Part shown: piece after piece, positions 27,901 through 35,219 of the stretch
How the letters are laid out: every line of letters begins with the position of its first letter
Numbering within the stretch: position 1 is the first letter of the stretch
IMG/VR virus record: IMGVR_UViG_3300004241_000316
Coordinates: 1 to 35,219 of that record
DNA from: a virus
Taxonomy: Duplodnaviria; Caudoviricetes
Strand: one strand, 5' to 3'
Length of the DNA: 35,219 nucleotides
Position numbers and translations under genes: made by a program
The notes under the pieces: model-generated
Seen by the model: the letters and a program-made list of their open reading frames with translations, nothing else
Told to the model about the DNA's origin: nothing
The model's database searches: none

Positions 27901-30900
27901 AAGGAACACCCTGGCGAATTATCCGAAAGTGCAGCTATGGCAGCAGTAGAACCACCCGAACCAACTTATTCACCAAAGTTACCTAAAGCAATTGTTGAAA
28001 AAGGGATATTGTCGCTTGCACAACTTGAGTCTGTAGTATACGCAGGGCAAGCACATTCGCAGATATCACCCGACGATACTAGAAGGGGTTTCTTCCTGGG
28101 TGACGGTACAGGTGTAGGAAAAGGCAGACAAATTTCAGGCATAATACTTGACAACATGGCACAAGGGCGCAAAAAGGCTGTATGGGTATCTAAAAATGAA
28201 AAACTATTCGATGATGCTAAAAGAGATTGGACATCATTAGGCGGTAAAGCCGATGATGTTTTTTATTTGGGCAAAACAAAGCTAGGTCAAAACATTGCTG
28301 CAAAGGAAGGAATATTATTTACTCCTTATGATACACTTGCTACTAATATGGAGGTAAGCGGTAGTGGAGAACTTACAACCAGAGGAAGCAAATCTTCCAG
28401 GTTAGATCAGATAGTTAACTGGTTGGGTAAAGACTTTGACGGAGTTTTAGTTTTTGATGAATCGCACATGATGGCAAACAGCATAACAACCAAAGGAAAG
28501 AGGGGAAATAAAAAGCCTTCTGCCAGGGGATTAGCAGGGGTAGAGCTTCAAAAGAGATTGCCAAAAGCAAGAGTTGTCTATGTATCTGCAACCGGAGCAA
28601 CAGAAGTTGCTAACCTTGCTTATGCGGATAGGTTGGGATTGTGGGGCAGAGGGACAGACTTTGCAAATAAGAATGACTTTATTAATAAGATATCCCAAGG
28701 TGGCCTTGCAGCTATGGAACTCATAGCGAGAGATATGAAAGCTATGGGGGTTTACCTTGCAAGGACATTGAGCTTCAAAGGCATTGAATATGAAACACTA
28801 GAACATAAATTAACCGATGAACAAGTTGAGATATACGATTCTATGGCAGAAGCATGGCAAATAGTGTTACAGAACATAGGTAAAGCATTACGGGCTACGG
28901 GTGCAGTTGATGAAGAAACAGGTAAGACACTAAATAGCAATGCTAAAAAGAATGCTATGGGCGCATTTTGGGGCGCACAGCAAAGATTCTTCAACCAGAT
29001 ACTTACCTCTATGCAAATGCCGTCAGCTATAGAAGCAATAAAGAAGGATTTAGCCGAAGGCAGGGCAGTAGTACTGCAACTAGTAAATACTAATGAAGCA
29101 ACACAAAATAGACAAATTGCAAGGCTCCAAGACGAAGAAGCTCCCCTAGAGGATTTAGATTTAACACCTAGAGATATTCTACTTCAATACCTTGAAAAGA
29201 GTTTTCCAACAGAGCAGTACGAAACATATGTTGATGAGAATGGCAATGAGAAATCAAGAATAGTTGTAGATTCAAAAGAGAACCCAGTTATAAACCAGGA
29301 AGCCTTAAAAATGAAACAAGAATTGCTGGAGAAAATAGGCTCATTAAAAGTACCTGAAGGTCCCTTAGAATACATCCTAAATACTTTTGGAGCAGATAAA
29401 GTTGCTGAGATAACGGGAAGAAGTCAGAGAATAGTAAATGTTAACGGCAAAGCACAGCTTGAAAAGAGAAGTGCAAGACATGTAGCTGCCGATGCAGATG
29501 CGTTCATGGATGATAAAAAGCAAATTCTTATATTCTCCGATGCTGGAGGCACGGGTAAGAGCTATCACGCAGATAAAACTAGAAAGAACCAACGAAGGAG
29601 AGTGCATTACTTAATTCAGGCAGGTTGGAGAGCTGATAATGCAGTCCAGGGCTTCGGCAGAACGCATAGAACTAATCAATCTTCTGCACCAATATACAGG
29701 CTTGTAACAACTAACCTCAAAGGGCAAAAGAGGTTTATTTCCTCCATCGCAAGGAGGTTAGACCAATTAGGAGCATTAACAAAGGGACAAAGGCAGACAG
29801 GAGGCCAAGGTTTATTTAAGGCTTCTGATAACCTAGAAGGGCCATTAGCCAGTGATGCATTGAGACTATTTTATAAAGACCTCGTTATGGACTGTGTTGA
29901 CAGGCTTGAAAAGAACAAAATCATTGATAAAATGGGTTTGCAATCTATGTTTGATGAATATGCCAAAATTAACGAGTCTAGCACAGACTTAAGAGATGTG
30001 CCTAAGTTCCTGAATAGAATACTATCTCTTGATACATCGACACAAAACTATGTATTTGATGCTTTTGTAGAACGACTTGAGGCACTAACCGAAGCTGCTA
30101 TTGAAAAAGGAATGTTAGATACAGGTCTGGAAAACTATAAGGCTGATAAGGTAATTGTACTTGATGAAAAAGTTGTGTTTGAGGATGAAAAATCAAAAGC
30201 GCAGACTAAATATTGTGAACTTGAAGCTTACCATAAAAATCATCCTGTACCTTTCAAAAAGTATAATAGGCCCGATAATGATTCATTCGTAGGATTTTAT
30301 AGAAATTCCAAGTCCGGAAACATAAGGGCAGTATACAAAGCTGGCAACATTACCACGGAATATGGTTCGGTGGATGAAGCATACAGGCTATACGGGCAAA
30401 TAAACGATAATAAGATGTCTGTTAAAGAGTTCAACGAGAGCAATTGGGAAAAAGTTGACACTGTCGAAGCAGAAGGTCTATGGGATGAAGCCGTAGCAAA
30501 AGTGCCTGAATACAAAACGGGAAAATTGTATATGATATCCGGAACTATACTTCCTATTTGGGGTAGACTACCACAGGAAAATGTAAAAGTAATAAGAACA
30601 GCAACAGACAAAGGGATTCTTCTAGGTAGATTAATCCATCCAAATCATATTGATGCTACTCTTAGAAATCTTAATACACAGAGACAAAAGGGTGAAATAA
30701 ATGTAGCTGAATTGGTGGAGCAGATTATAGAAGGTGGATTTAAAGCACGACTTGCAAACGGCTGGACAATAGAACGCCGCAAGGTATCGGGATATTGGAG
30801 ACTTGAATTAATTGGACGTGACTTATATGCCGCAAGAAATCAACTAAAAGAGGATGGAGTATATACAGAATATATTCAATACGATACTAGATACTTTATA

Positions 30901-33900
30901 CCTATAGGAGAAAAAGCAGTAGGAGTAATAAATAAGATAACTGAATACAGACCAGTAATTGATGTTATAGCTCCCGAAAATATGAAGGCAGGAGCTTCCG
31001 CAGTTCAATCTTTAACAGGAACAAGACCACAAATGCCACAAGGAAATAACACTGCGACCTTAAACAGCAAGGATGGCGCAAAAACAGTCGATGAAATAGT
31101 TGAAATAATAGAAAAAACAATAAGCGTTCCAATAAGGACAGGTAAGTTCAGACAAAAGGCACACGGTATTTTTAAAGAGCTGCCAGAAGTCATTCGCACA
31201 AAGGTTACAAATGACTTACCAACGATATGCCACGAAGTAGGGCATTACTTAGATAAGAAATTTGGACTAGACGATTTGCAATTCAAAGTTGAATTGATGG
31301 CATTGGGGAAACCTGCTTCTAGAAAATCATACACTAAAGCACAAGTAAGAGCAGAAGGCATTGCAGAATTTGTTAGGTTGTATTTAATAGATCCGATGCA
31401 AGCCAATATACAAGCTCCAAATTTCATGCAACATTTTGAATCTATAATTGACAGGGACACGCTTGTACTACTGAATAGCATAAGAATAGACATACTAAAG
31501 ATTGTCAATCTATCAGATGTTGATAAGGTTAAGAATGATATATCTGTAGGTGAAGCAAGAAAAGCTACAAAACAGAAAACGGGACTCAGGGGAACGATGC
31601 AAAAGTTATATGATGCTTGGATTGATGAATACGCTCCATTTGGTAGAGTTGCAAAGAGAGCTGAGAAGGTAGGCTATGACGGAGAAACTTTGAATACTGC
31701 CGTTAAAGATTATAGGGGTTTTGAAGGCAAGGTGCTAGGCAATATAAATATGGCACAGACCGACCTTAACAATAAGGTTATAGGGAAGTCTTTTAATGAG
31801 ATACTTAAACCTATCAACAAAAATGAGGTTAACGATTTCAGAGCTTACATGGTAGCACGAAGGGCAATAGACTATGATAACAGAAACATGGTTATGCCAC
31901 AAACGTATTCAACTTACTACAATACATTGATAGCTTTAGACAATAAATATCCCCATTTCCAGGATACATTTAACGAGCTTGGGGAGTGGGAAGACAACGA
32001 AATGCAACTTTTAGTAGATAGTGGAGTGTATAGCCAAGATGCGGTTGAAGAAATGAAGAAAAACAATCCTAACCATGTACCTCTTTATAGGATACAAGAG
32101 GCTGTGGAGGCGGTTTATGGTGGTAGTGGTTCAACCTTGGGGCAGTCTAAAAAGGTTGTTAAACAGGCTAAAGGTTCCGGCAAGACAATAATTGATCCTC
32201 TTGAAAGTATGATATTTAACGCCTTCTTAGTAAGGAGAGCTGCCGAAGCTAATCAGATACAAGGTATGCTTTACGATATGGCTAAAAACATTGAGGGTTT
32301 TGGCGATATTGTAGAAATTGTACCTTCTGGAGTAAAGGGCTTTTCATTCAATGTTGAAGAAATAGGAAAGACTCTACAAGGTATGCTACAGGACGATATA
32401 CAAAACGAAATTGATGATAGAAAAAGTAAAAATCCTAATGATCCACAAATTCCATATCTCGAAGCTAGAAAGCAACAAACAAATGTTAAAAATATGGACT
32501 TAGATAGAATGGTTACACTGTTCAGGGCAAACTACAGAGAACGGGACAACGAAACAACTTACTATAAAGATGGCAAACCAATATTAATGCAACTTGAAAC
32601 AGAACTTTATAAGGCGATAAAAGGACTCAACAGAGAAGCAAGCAGTTTCATAGTCAGAATATTGAACGTACCTAAAAAGGTACTCCAAGCCGGAGCAGTA
32701 ACAACAGTAAACTTTGTAATGAAGAATATGTCAAGAGATACTTCAACATCGTTAATCAATTCGGAGGCAGGAATAAACCCTATAGATATTATTAACGGGT
32801 ATGCTAGTGCATTTAAAAAAGATAAGTGGTTTAAACAATGGGTACTGTCCGGTGGTAGCACTGAATATCTCCAAATAAATGAGAGAACCCAGGTACAAGG
32901 CATACTTGATGATGCACTGGGGTATACCTTAATCGGCAAGCTCCAAGATGCAATTAAAAAACCGACAAAGGAGAACTTAACAAGGTTGCTGTTTACTCCA
33001 CTAAATAAAATAAGAAATGCGGTAGAGTGGTCTGAGGCAGGCCCAAGAGTAGCAGAATATAGAAAGGCAGTAGAAAAAGGTTACAGTAAGAGTGAAGCTA
33101 CTGCATTAAGTAGGGATTTATCTCAGGACTTTGCAAGACATGGTTACTATGGTAAAGAATACAATAAGATAACTGCTTTCTTCAATGGCAACGTACAAGG
33201 TATAGATAAACAAATAAGGATATTCAAAGAACACCCATACAGAACCTTGCTAAGAGGTATGTTGTATGTAACCTTGCCAACTATGATTCTATACTTCATC
33301 AATGACGATAATGACGAATACAAACGTATGGCAGCATGGAGAAAAGCATTGTTCTATAACATTCCATTAGGTAATAGAAAAACAGCACAACACTTTCTAT
33401 CCATACCGAAACCCTATGGGTGGGGTTTCTTCTTTGGAGCTTTGCCAGAGATAATATTAGACGGTATAAAAAATGATGATCCAAAGATGTGGAAAGACAT
33501 TAGAGATGGGTTTACAACTAACTTTGATGTGCCGCTTGTCCCTTCTGCTGCATCTCCGACATTTGAGGTTATGAGAAATAAGAGTTGGAACAAGACGCCT
33601 ATAGAAAGTTACGGAGACAGCTTCAAATTTCCGTATCTAAGAAAAAACGAGAATAGCAGTATGGCTGCGGTTGGAATTGCCGACGTGTTGAAGGATGTAC
33701 CTGGAGTTAATAAACTATCCCCTAAGCAGCTCGACTATCTTGTGAAGGGTTATGGCGGCTCAGTAGGAGATTTCTTCTGGCGATTGCCGGATACAATTAA
33801 AAAAGGTATGGAATTGCCAACGGATTATACAAACTATCCGGTTGTAAAAGCTTTTATCACGGACACAGCATATTCCAACAGGTCAATAGATGATTTATAC

Positions 33901-34215
33901 ACCTATGGGAAAGAACTAAATGACAGATTGAGTGAAGCCCAAGAAACAGGAAAGTACAGAGCAATATCTCACTTGTCAGAGAATGAACAAAAGGCCTTAC
34001 AGTCGGCTATCAAGTATGCAATCAAAGAATACAACTCATTGGCCAATGATTTTTCAGATGCAAAGAGTAAGATCAAGGGGATAAGGGCAAACGACAAATA
34101 CAGCCCAGCAGAAAAGAAACTCAGAGAAAGAGAAGTACAGTTGCAAATGGTTAAAAAAGCAGAGTATTTCGTCAAAAAATACGAAGTGTTTAAGAAAAAT
34201 AACAAAATAAAGTAA
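21934..34215 (+). CDS. Giant polyvalent virion protein (DarB-like): PG-binding domain, N6-adenine MTase, strawberry-notch SF2 helicase, HExxH metallopeptidase, LPD38-like C-terminus
   Basis: 4093 aa. PG-binding VDGIYGPET..VDGIAGKQT (~22250-22400); MTase QQFSTP, LEPSAG (26791) and MNPPF (26983); GDGTGVGKG (28099), DESH (28456), QGFGRTHR (29647); HEVGH (31231). True start may be TTG 21943. Confidence 0.9.
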   Translation: MNQLGNDTKKYTIGRGNDLELFKKKFSGGTVKAEIETEKDIKGNEADNMLYTKNEPTSNNSAVGSAYAARAIMGMIRTQAQEGKPQSPTGTFKRYTENMAAGRDNSPEQVKKIQRALGITVDGIYGPETRKAVIRFQRDNGLLVDGIAGKQTLGKLFRYTNGTGMEDKYSAYAGTSIAKRDLYSSAVIPSTGMESKQSTYDTEQMLKPFSTISKPSEYGTLPKTDIIKSALEQKKTEENNQPSWGKTVSSSLLGNVAQTQTGMFNIPKKVIEGVSLGLDKILPDSIYNKEMQNNDPIMKALDNAVKSNESRAIAYQKDLEGVKGLKKFVSLGIGSLPQIVMAGVGGAAMTGMGGATLGSSSALSKLPTAAKQLIPFGTLAGSGYAREAENEGATYGQQMAYGLLGGTAEAATEVLPLENGLNLLKKFGAGDIAEEGAKTLIGKYGKTALSVLKELVFEGFQEGAMSPLGRGAQKMTYKPDMAMSGEGGVIDLKSMGEDAYSGVAMAVILGALGLPSAYASHKLVSQKIENGEPITPDFIKNEAMPAMQNDINSIDSSSGNDSNVGNGVVQPTQPFMPGINNKKSVSEIINGNPVSSVNFEDLEGTGMSKELVYALRQIKLGTPVPNDIVAKYPELQRIINGEISIDDFVNALDGGQLITPNVASPELQEGQLNNGIVQTINNNLIPQNNYKPEDLGQAEVKNNLINGIKADINLTPSQYRDSWNEMSISVYEEISKLKEEMKKADGKEKAALKARINDLDVGVNSKFENEYLTPLQNEIRKYLREIYGLDEGKIEQVVSDILENFTEEYMDKEHFDMPLKQWVDEYIEQEQQEPIDYIPNNAQAAILEEKETIDNGNIVPPSSSEQAAAENKPFADINNNEEGTATKGEAEEKPQNEKKEPTHKIKYGRDGKAAYEKWGNNEYVNADLNKPDDEYTQAFTKFFEFYYNKGLNGEKFPMFNEKFPVGKYNFPPFLEDAFYKAGVQDLEARNKRESKKKESEEKPTVSPKVLSDYGIEVRKTKTNRGNDVWHVPTNDKTKQYVDIFHKLKAIWYKPHPKAKAVWSFNYDPTEVLLKELTGKEVKATEVNTERESYPDSIDNDIKKLFYDNMGKNEEKALRAYNDFMKSYPDNWQNNLIKGRVVKGILAKYINDMEVLEDVFNKLKEMDESNNANRYGSDNYLELLNMVRTRVLTDEFLNKVAANQDNDEQNMLIAVEDKIKGYVAEVFLENIDKSSGNSINQMQEYFKDTAEIAKRYLKILKENIVNNQKTEHNEGEKKGADTKPNDNTVNPIKKTLPEGPVKNNLAWLDAQAELARQRLKDRHKNVRLNAGLPMDDLVDYSIIGADKLANGVVDFAEWSKEMLEEFGDNLRLFLRAIYGQSEAMLEMSPEDIQEMFELANKEDNNTPKEDTHKRTVSKDGRLKVGDIVRWEKNQSMYDVRRYYDKDFEIISFSDDFQLNDVASLRDLQTGEYLHRMIVRFLQKQQGNKKQTNNPSQKIADEVKESLGKNETIKINELIGWAEEAYGSKLSEGKYDRKQVHDAMELGVNQYLLENSKVLNTNNKDINAVLSNIDILKSLVELLPTQTNQTQEMKDFQQFSTPPHIAYVAAFAANIDKNDIALEPSAGIGGIATFAKINGAKVVVNELSQKRLEILKNMDFDEVYNENAEHINSILHDKVKPTVVVMNPPFSATAGRMGDKNSTKNAKAHIEQALDILQNGGRLVAIVGQGMTDNSKTFADWWEKIKAKYNVRANIPLYNADQTSNIKHTDEYKKYGTTFGTQLIVIDKTGSTENTLVANEPDLKKVVKLLVKEGIYDDRQRNIAGDQKSEPASDQYDSNAKPEKTGASNRGQSTTHGATNELGDRQSESGASRDNGSNQTRNEGNVGRDNSKSQPEPKNSNEVPSVGRKPSDTNIGFEGQKDSEGSNRVSPGEGNKQTDRKGDNIQQSGGNEIRELEVKVSGNKSNETVEKELDDSIYDTYTPSKLEIKGAKEHPGELSESAAMAAVEPPEPTYSPKLPKAIVEKGILSLAQLESVVYAGQAHSQISPDDTRRGFFLGDGTGVGKGRQISGIILDNMAQGRKKAVWVSKNEKLFDDAKRDWTSLGGKADDVFYLGKTKLGQNIAAKEGILFTPYDTLATNMEVSGSGELTTRGSKSSRLDQIVNWLGKDFDGVLVFDESHMMANSITTKGKRGNKKPSARGLAGVELQKRLPKARVVYVSATGATEVANLAYADRLGLWGRGTDFANKNDFINKISQGGLAAMELIARDMKAMGVYLARTLSFKGIEYETLEHKLTDEQVEIYDSMAEAWQIVLQNIGKALRATGAVDEETGKTLNSNAKKNAMGAFWGAQQRFFNQILTSMQMPSAIEAIKKDLAEGRAVVLQLVNTNEATQNRQIARLQDEEAPLEDLDLTPRDILLQYLEKSFPTEQYETYVDENGNEKSRIVVDSKENPVINQEALKMKQELLEKIGSLKVPEGPLEYILNTFGADKVAEITGRSQRIVNVNGKAQLEKRSARHVAADADAFMDDKKQILIFSDAGGTGKSYHADKTRKNQRRRVHYLIQAGWRADNAVQGFGRTHRTNQSSAPIYRLVTTNLKGQKRFISSIARRLDQLGALTKGQRQTGGQGLFKASDNLEGPLASDALRLFYKDLVMDCVDRLEKNKIIDKMGLQSMFDEYAKINESSTDLRDVPKFLNRILSLDTSTQNYVFDAFVERLEALTEAAIEKGMLDTGLENYKADKVIVLDEKVVFEDEKSKAQTKYCELEAYHKNHPVPFKKYNRPDNDSFVGFYRNSKSGNIRAVYKAGNITTEYGSVDEAYRLYGQINDNKMSVKEFNESNWEKVDTVEAEGLWDEAVAKVPEYKTGKLYMISGTILPIWGRLPQENVKVIRTATDKGILLGRLIHPNHIDATLRNLNTQRQKGEINVAELVEQIIEGGFKARLANGWTIERRKVSGYWRLELIGRDLYAARNQLKEDGVYTEYIQYDTRYFIPIGEKAVGVINKITEYRPVIDVIAPENMKAGASAVQSLTGTRPQMPQGNNTATLNSKDGAKTVDEIVEIIEKTISVPIRTGKFRQKAHGIFKELPEVIRTKVTNDLPTICHEVGHYLDKKFGLDDLQFKVELMALGKPASRKSYTKAQVRAEGIAEFVRLYLIDPMQANIQAPNFMQHFESIIDRDTLVLLNSIRIDILKIVNLSDVDKVKNDISVGEARKATKQKTGLRGTMQKLYDAWIDEYAPFGRVAKRAEKVGYDGETLNTAVKDYRGFEGKVLGNINMAQTDLNNKVIGKSFNEILKPINKNEVNDFRAYMVARRAIDYDNRNMVMPQTYSTYYNTLIALDNKYPHFQDTFNELGEWEDNEMQLLVDSGVYSQDAVEEMKKNNPNHVPLYRIQEAVEAVYGGSGSTLGQSKKVVKQAKGSGKTIIDPLESMIFNAFLVRRAAEANQIQGMLYDMAKNIEGFGDIVEIVPSGVKGFSFNVEEIGKTLQGMLQDDIQNEIDDRKSKNPNDPQIPYLEARKQQTNVKNMDLDRMVTLFRANYRERDNETTYYKDGKPILMQLETELYKAIKGLNREASSFIVRILNVPKKVLQAGAVTTVNFVMKNMSRDTSTSLINSEAGINPIDIINGYASAFKKDKWFKQWVLSGGSTEYLQINERTQVQGILDDALGYTLIGKLQDAIKKPTKENLTRLLFTPLNKIRNAVEWSEAGPRVAEYRKAVEKGYSKSEATALSRDLSQDFARHGYYGKEYNKITAFFNGNVQGIDKQIRIFKEHPYRTLLRGMLYVTLPTMILYFINDDNDEYKRMAAWRKALFYNIPLGNRKTAQHFLSIPKPYGWGFFFGALPEIILDGIKNDDPKMWKDIRDGFTTNFDVPLVPSAASPTFEVMRNKSWNKTPIESYGDSFKFPYLRKNENSSMAAVGIADVLKDVPGVNKLSPKQLDYLVKGYGGSVGDFFWRLPDTIKKGMELPTDYTNYPVVKAFITDTAYSNRSIDDLYTYGKELNDRLSEAQETGKYRAISHLSENEQKALQSAIKYAIKEYNSLANDFSDAKSKIKGIRANDKYSPAEKKLREREVQLQMVKKAEYFVKKYEVFKKNNKIK
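27377..27796 (+). CDS. Nested +1-frame gene (139 aa) inside the giant ORF
   Basis: Perfect AAGGAGG SD at 27361-27367, ATG 9 nt later, protein-like composition. The host frame here is a low-complexity polar linker. Confidence 0.65.
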   Translation: MIGKETLQEIRKANLHPINMIAMQNLRKLEQVIEDNQLHMAQLMSWGIDNPKVELPEIMGVTKPEMKEMLEGIIASLNQNPKTAMKYLVLEENPVIQISDLKDKKTAKEATEYLLEKVTSKLIEKGIIFNNPEEMRYEN

Positions 34216-34231
34216 ACCTATTCCCTAACTC

Positions 34232-34270
34232 ATAAGAGTGTGTACCTACAGGTATGCACTCTTATTTTAT
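34232..34270 (+). terminator. Intrinsic terminator after the giant gene
   Basis: 15-bp stem ATAAGAGTGTGTACC/GGTATGCACTCTTAT, loop TACA, T-rich tail. Confidence 0.8.
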
Positions 34271-34302
34271 ATATAAAATTGACGAAAGTGAGGCGGTTGG
34301 CT

Positions 34303-34598
34303 ATGACAGAAATGGAGTTATGCGCTGAAAGGCACGAAAGGATTAAAGAACTTTAGACTTGCACAACGACAGGTTAAATGCTCACAGTACTAAACTTGAT
34401 GTGCTGGAAAAGAACTATGCAGGTTCAGCTAAAGACATTGGATACTTAAAAGAGACAATTACCGAACTCAAAAAAAGCATAGACAAACTCATAGAGGCAT
34501 TAGATCGTTTGAAGATTAGACCACTTGAAAAGTATGAACAAATAGCAATGTGTGTTATTACATTCATTATCGCTTATGTTCTAGGGAAGGTATTGTAA
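34303..34598 (+). pseudogene. XhlA/hemolysin-like lysis accessory protein, frameshifted near 34350
   Basis: GAGG SD and ATG 34303 give MTEMELCAERHERIKE, then L and TAG. The -1 frame continues TLDLHNDRLNAHS as a coiled coil with a C-terminal TM helix. Confidence 0.65.
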
Positions 34599-34611
34599 AG
34601 GAGGGATAAAT

Positions 34612-34797
34612 ATGTTTAAGGAAAAATTAGCAAAACTGATAGATGTTAAAAGTATAATTACTATATTAGTTGTATCAACATTAGTATATGTTGTTGTGTC
34701 CGGCAGAGCTATAAACAATGATATATTCTTACTGTTTAGTAATTGCGCGACAATGGTTATCACTTACTTCTTCACAAAAAAAGAGAAGGTGGAATAA
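34612..34797 (+). CDS. Probable holin
   Basis: 61 aa, two TM segments, charged tail, AGGAGG SD, directly before the endolysin. Confidence 0.75.
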   Translation: MFKEKLAKLIDVKSIITILVVSTLVYVVVSGRAINNDIFLLFSNCATMVITYFFTKKEKVE

Positions 34798-35219
34798 ATG
34801 AAAGGTATAGATTTTACAAACCCATTAACTGTAGCTAAAGCAAAGGAACTTAAAGCTAACGGATATGACTTTGTATGTCGATACCTTGTTCCGGAGGGAT
34901 ACAGGACTAAGCGCATCACAAAAGCCGAAGCAGAAGCAACTACGGCAGGAATGATGCATTTGGCAATGAAGGTTTTTGGAATGTTGAAATAGAGAAAGCA
35001 GAGAAAATTACAATAACTAAGATACTTAAAAAAGGCACGGAGGGTGAAGAAGTTAAGACATTACAAACAATGCTTAATAAACATGGATACAAACTTATAG
35101 AGGATGGAGATTTTGGAGCAATTACCCAGGCAGCCGTTAAAGACTATCAGAGGTCAAATGAATTAGTTGCCGATGGAGTTGTTGGGGCTAAAACTTGGGC
35201 TAAACTTTATGGGGAGTAG
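34798..35219 (+). pseudogene. Endolysin (DUF1906-type glycoside hydrolase plus PG-binding domain) with internal deletion and frameshift
   Basis: The N-terminus MKGID...GYDFVCRYL...ITKAEAEA is DUF1906-like. From about 34950 the -1 frame reads NDAFGNEGFW...LKKGTEGEEVKTLQ...DGDFGAITQAAVKDYQ...DGVVGAKTWAKL* ending at 35219. Confidence 0.8.

Noticed and set aside
8969-34205. Numerous minus-strand ORFs of 60-142 aa opposite the structural genes
   Set aside because: Antisense shadows of long + strand genes, with no RBS or motif support that I could see.

Overview
This is a low-GC Firmicutes (Clostridia-like) phage or prophage segment covering the whole late region of a short-tailed, P22/podovirus-style virion. 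In order: a leftward operon of small hypothetical genes (1-2881); a divergent sigmaA-type promoter; terS; about 3.9 kb of morons and relics (membrane proteins, a dam-type methylase pseudogene, small hydrophobic peptides); an uncalled Com-like zinc-finger gene; terL; portal; scaffold; major capsid; head-tail and tail proteins; fibres; a probable ejection protein; a 4093-aa DarB-like polyvalent protein; and a damaged lysis cassette. There is no tape-measure-like gene in the window. The four strongest signals are: (1) the TerL Walker A motif is split by an 8-nt UGA-led insert forming the loop of a 7-bp hairpin, a candidate for programmed ribosomal bypassing; (2) four 9-nt-period GAGNNCC-type Com-binding repeats overlap an intrinsic terminator just before terL, a candidate Com-family antitermination switch; (3) a nested +1-frame gene with a perfect RBS lies inside the giant protein; (4) two segments of the giant protein resemble HsdR C-terminal domains and may be anti-restriction decoys. 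All family assignments come from motif recognition by eye; no searches were run.
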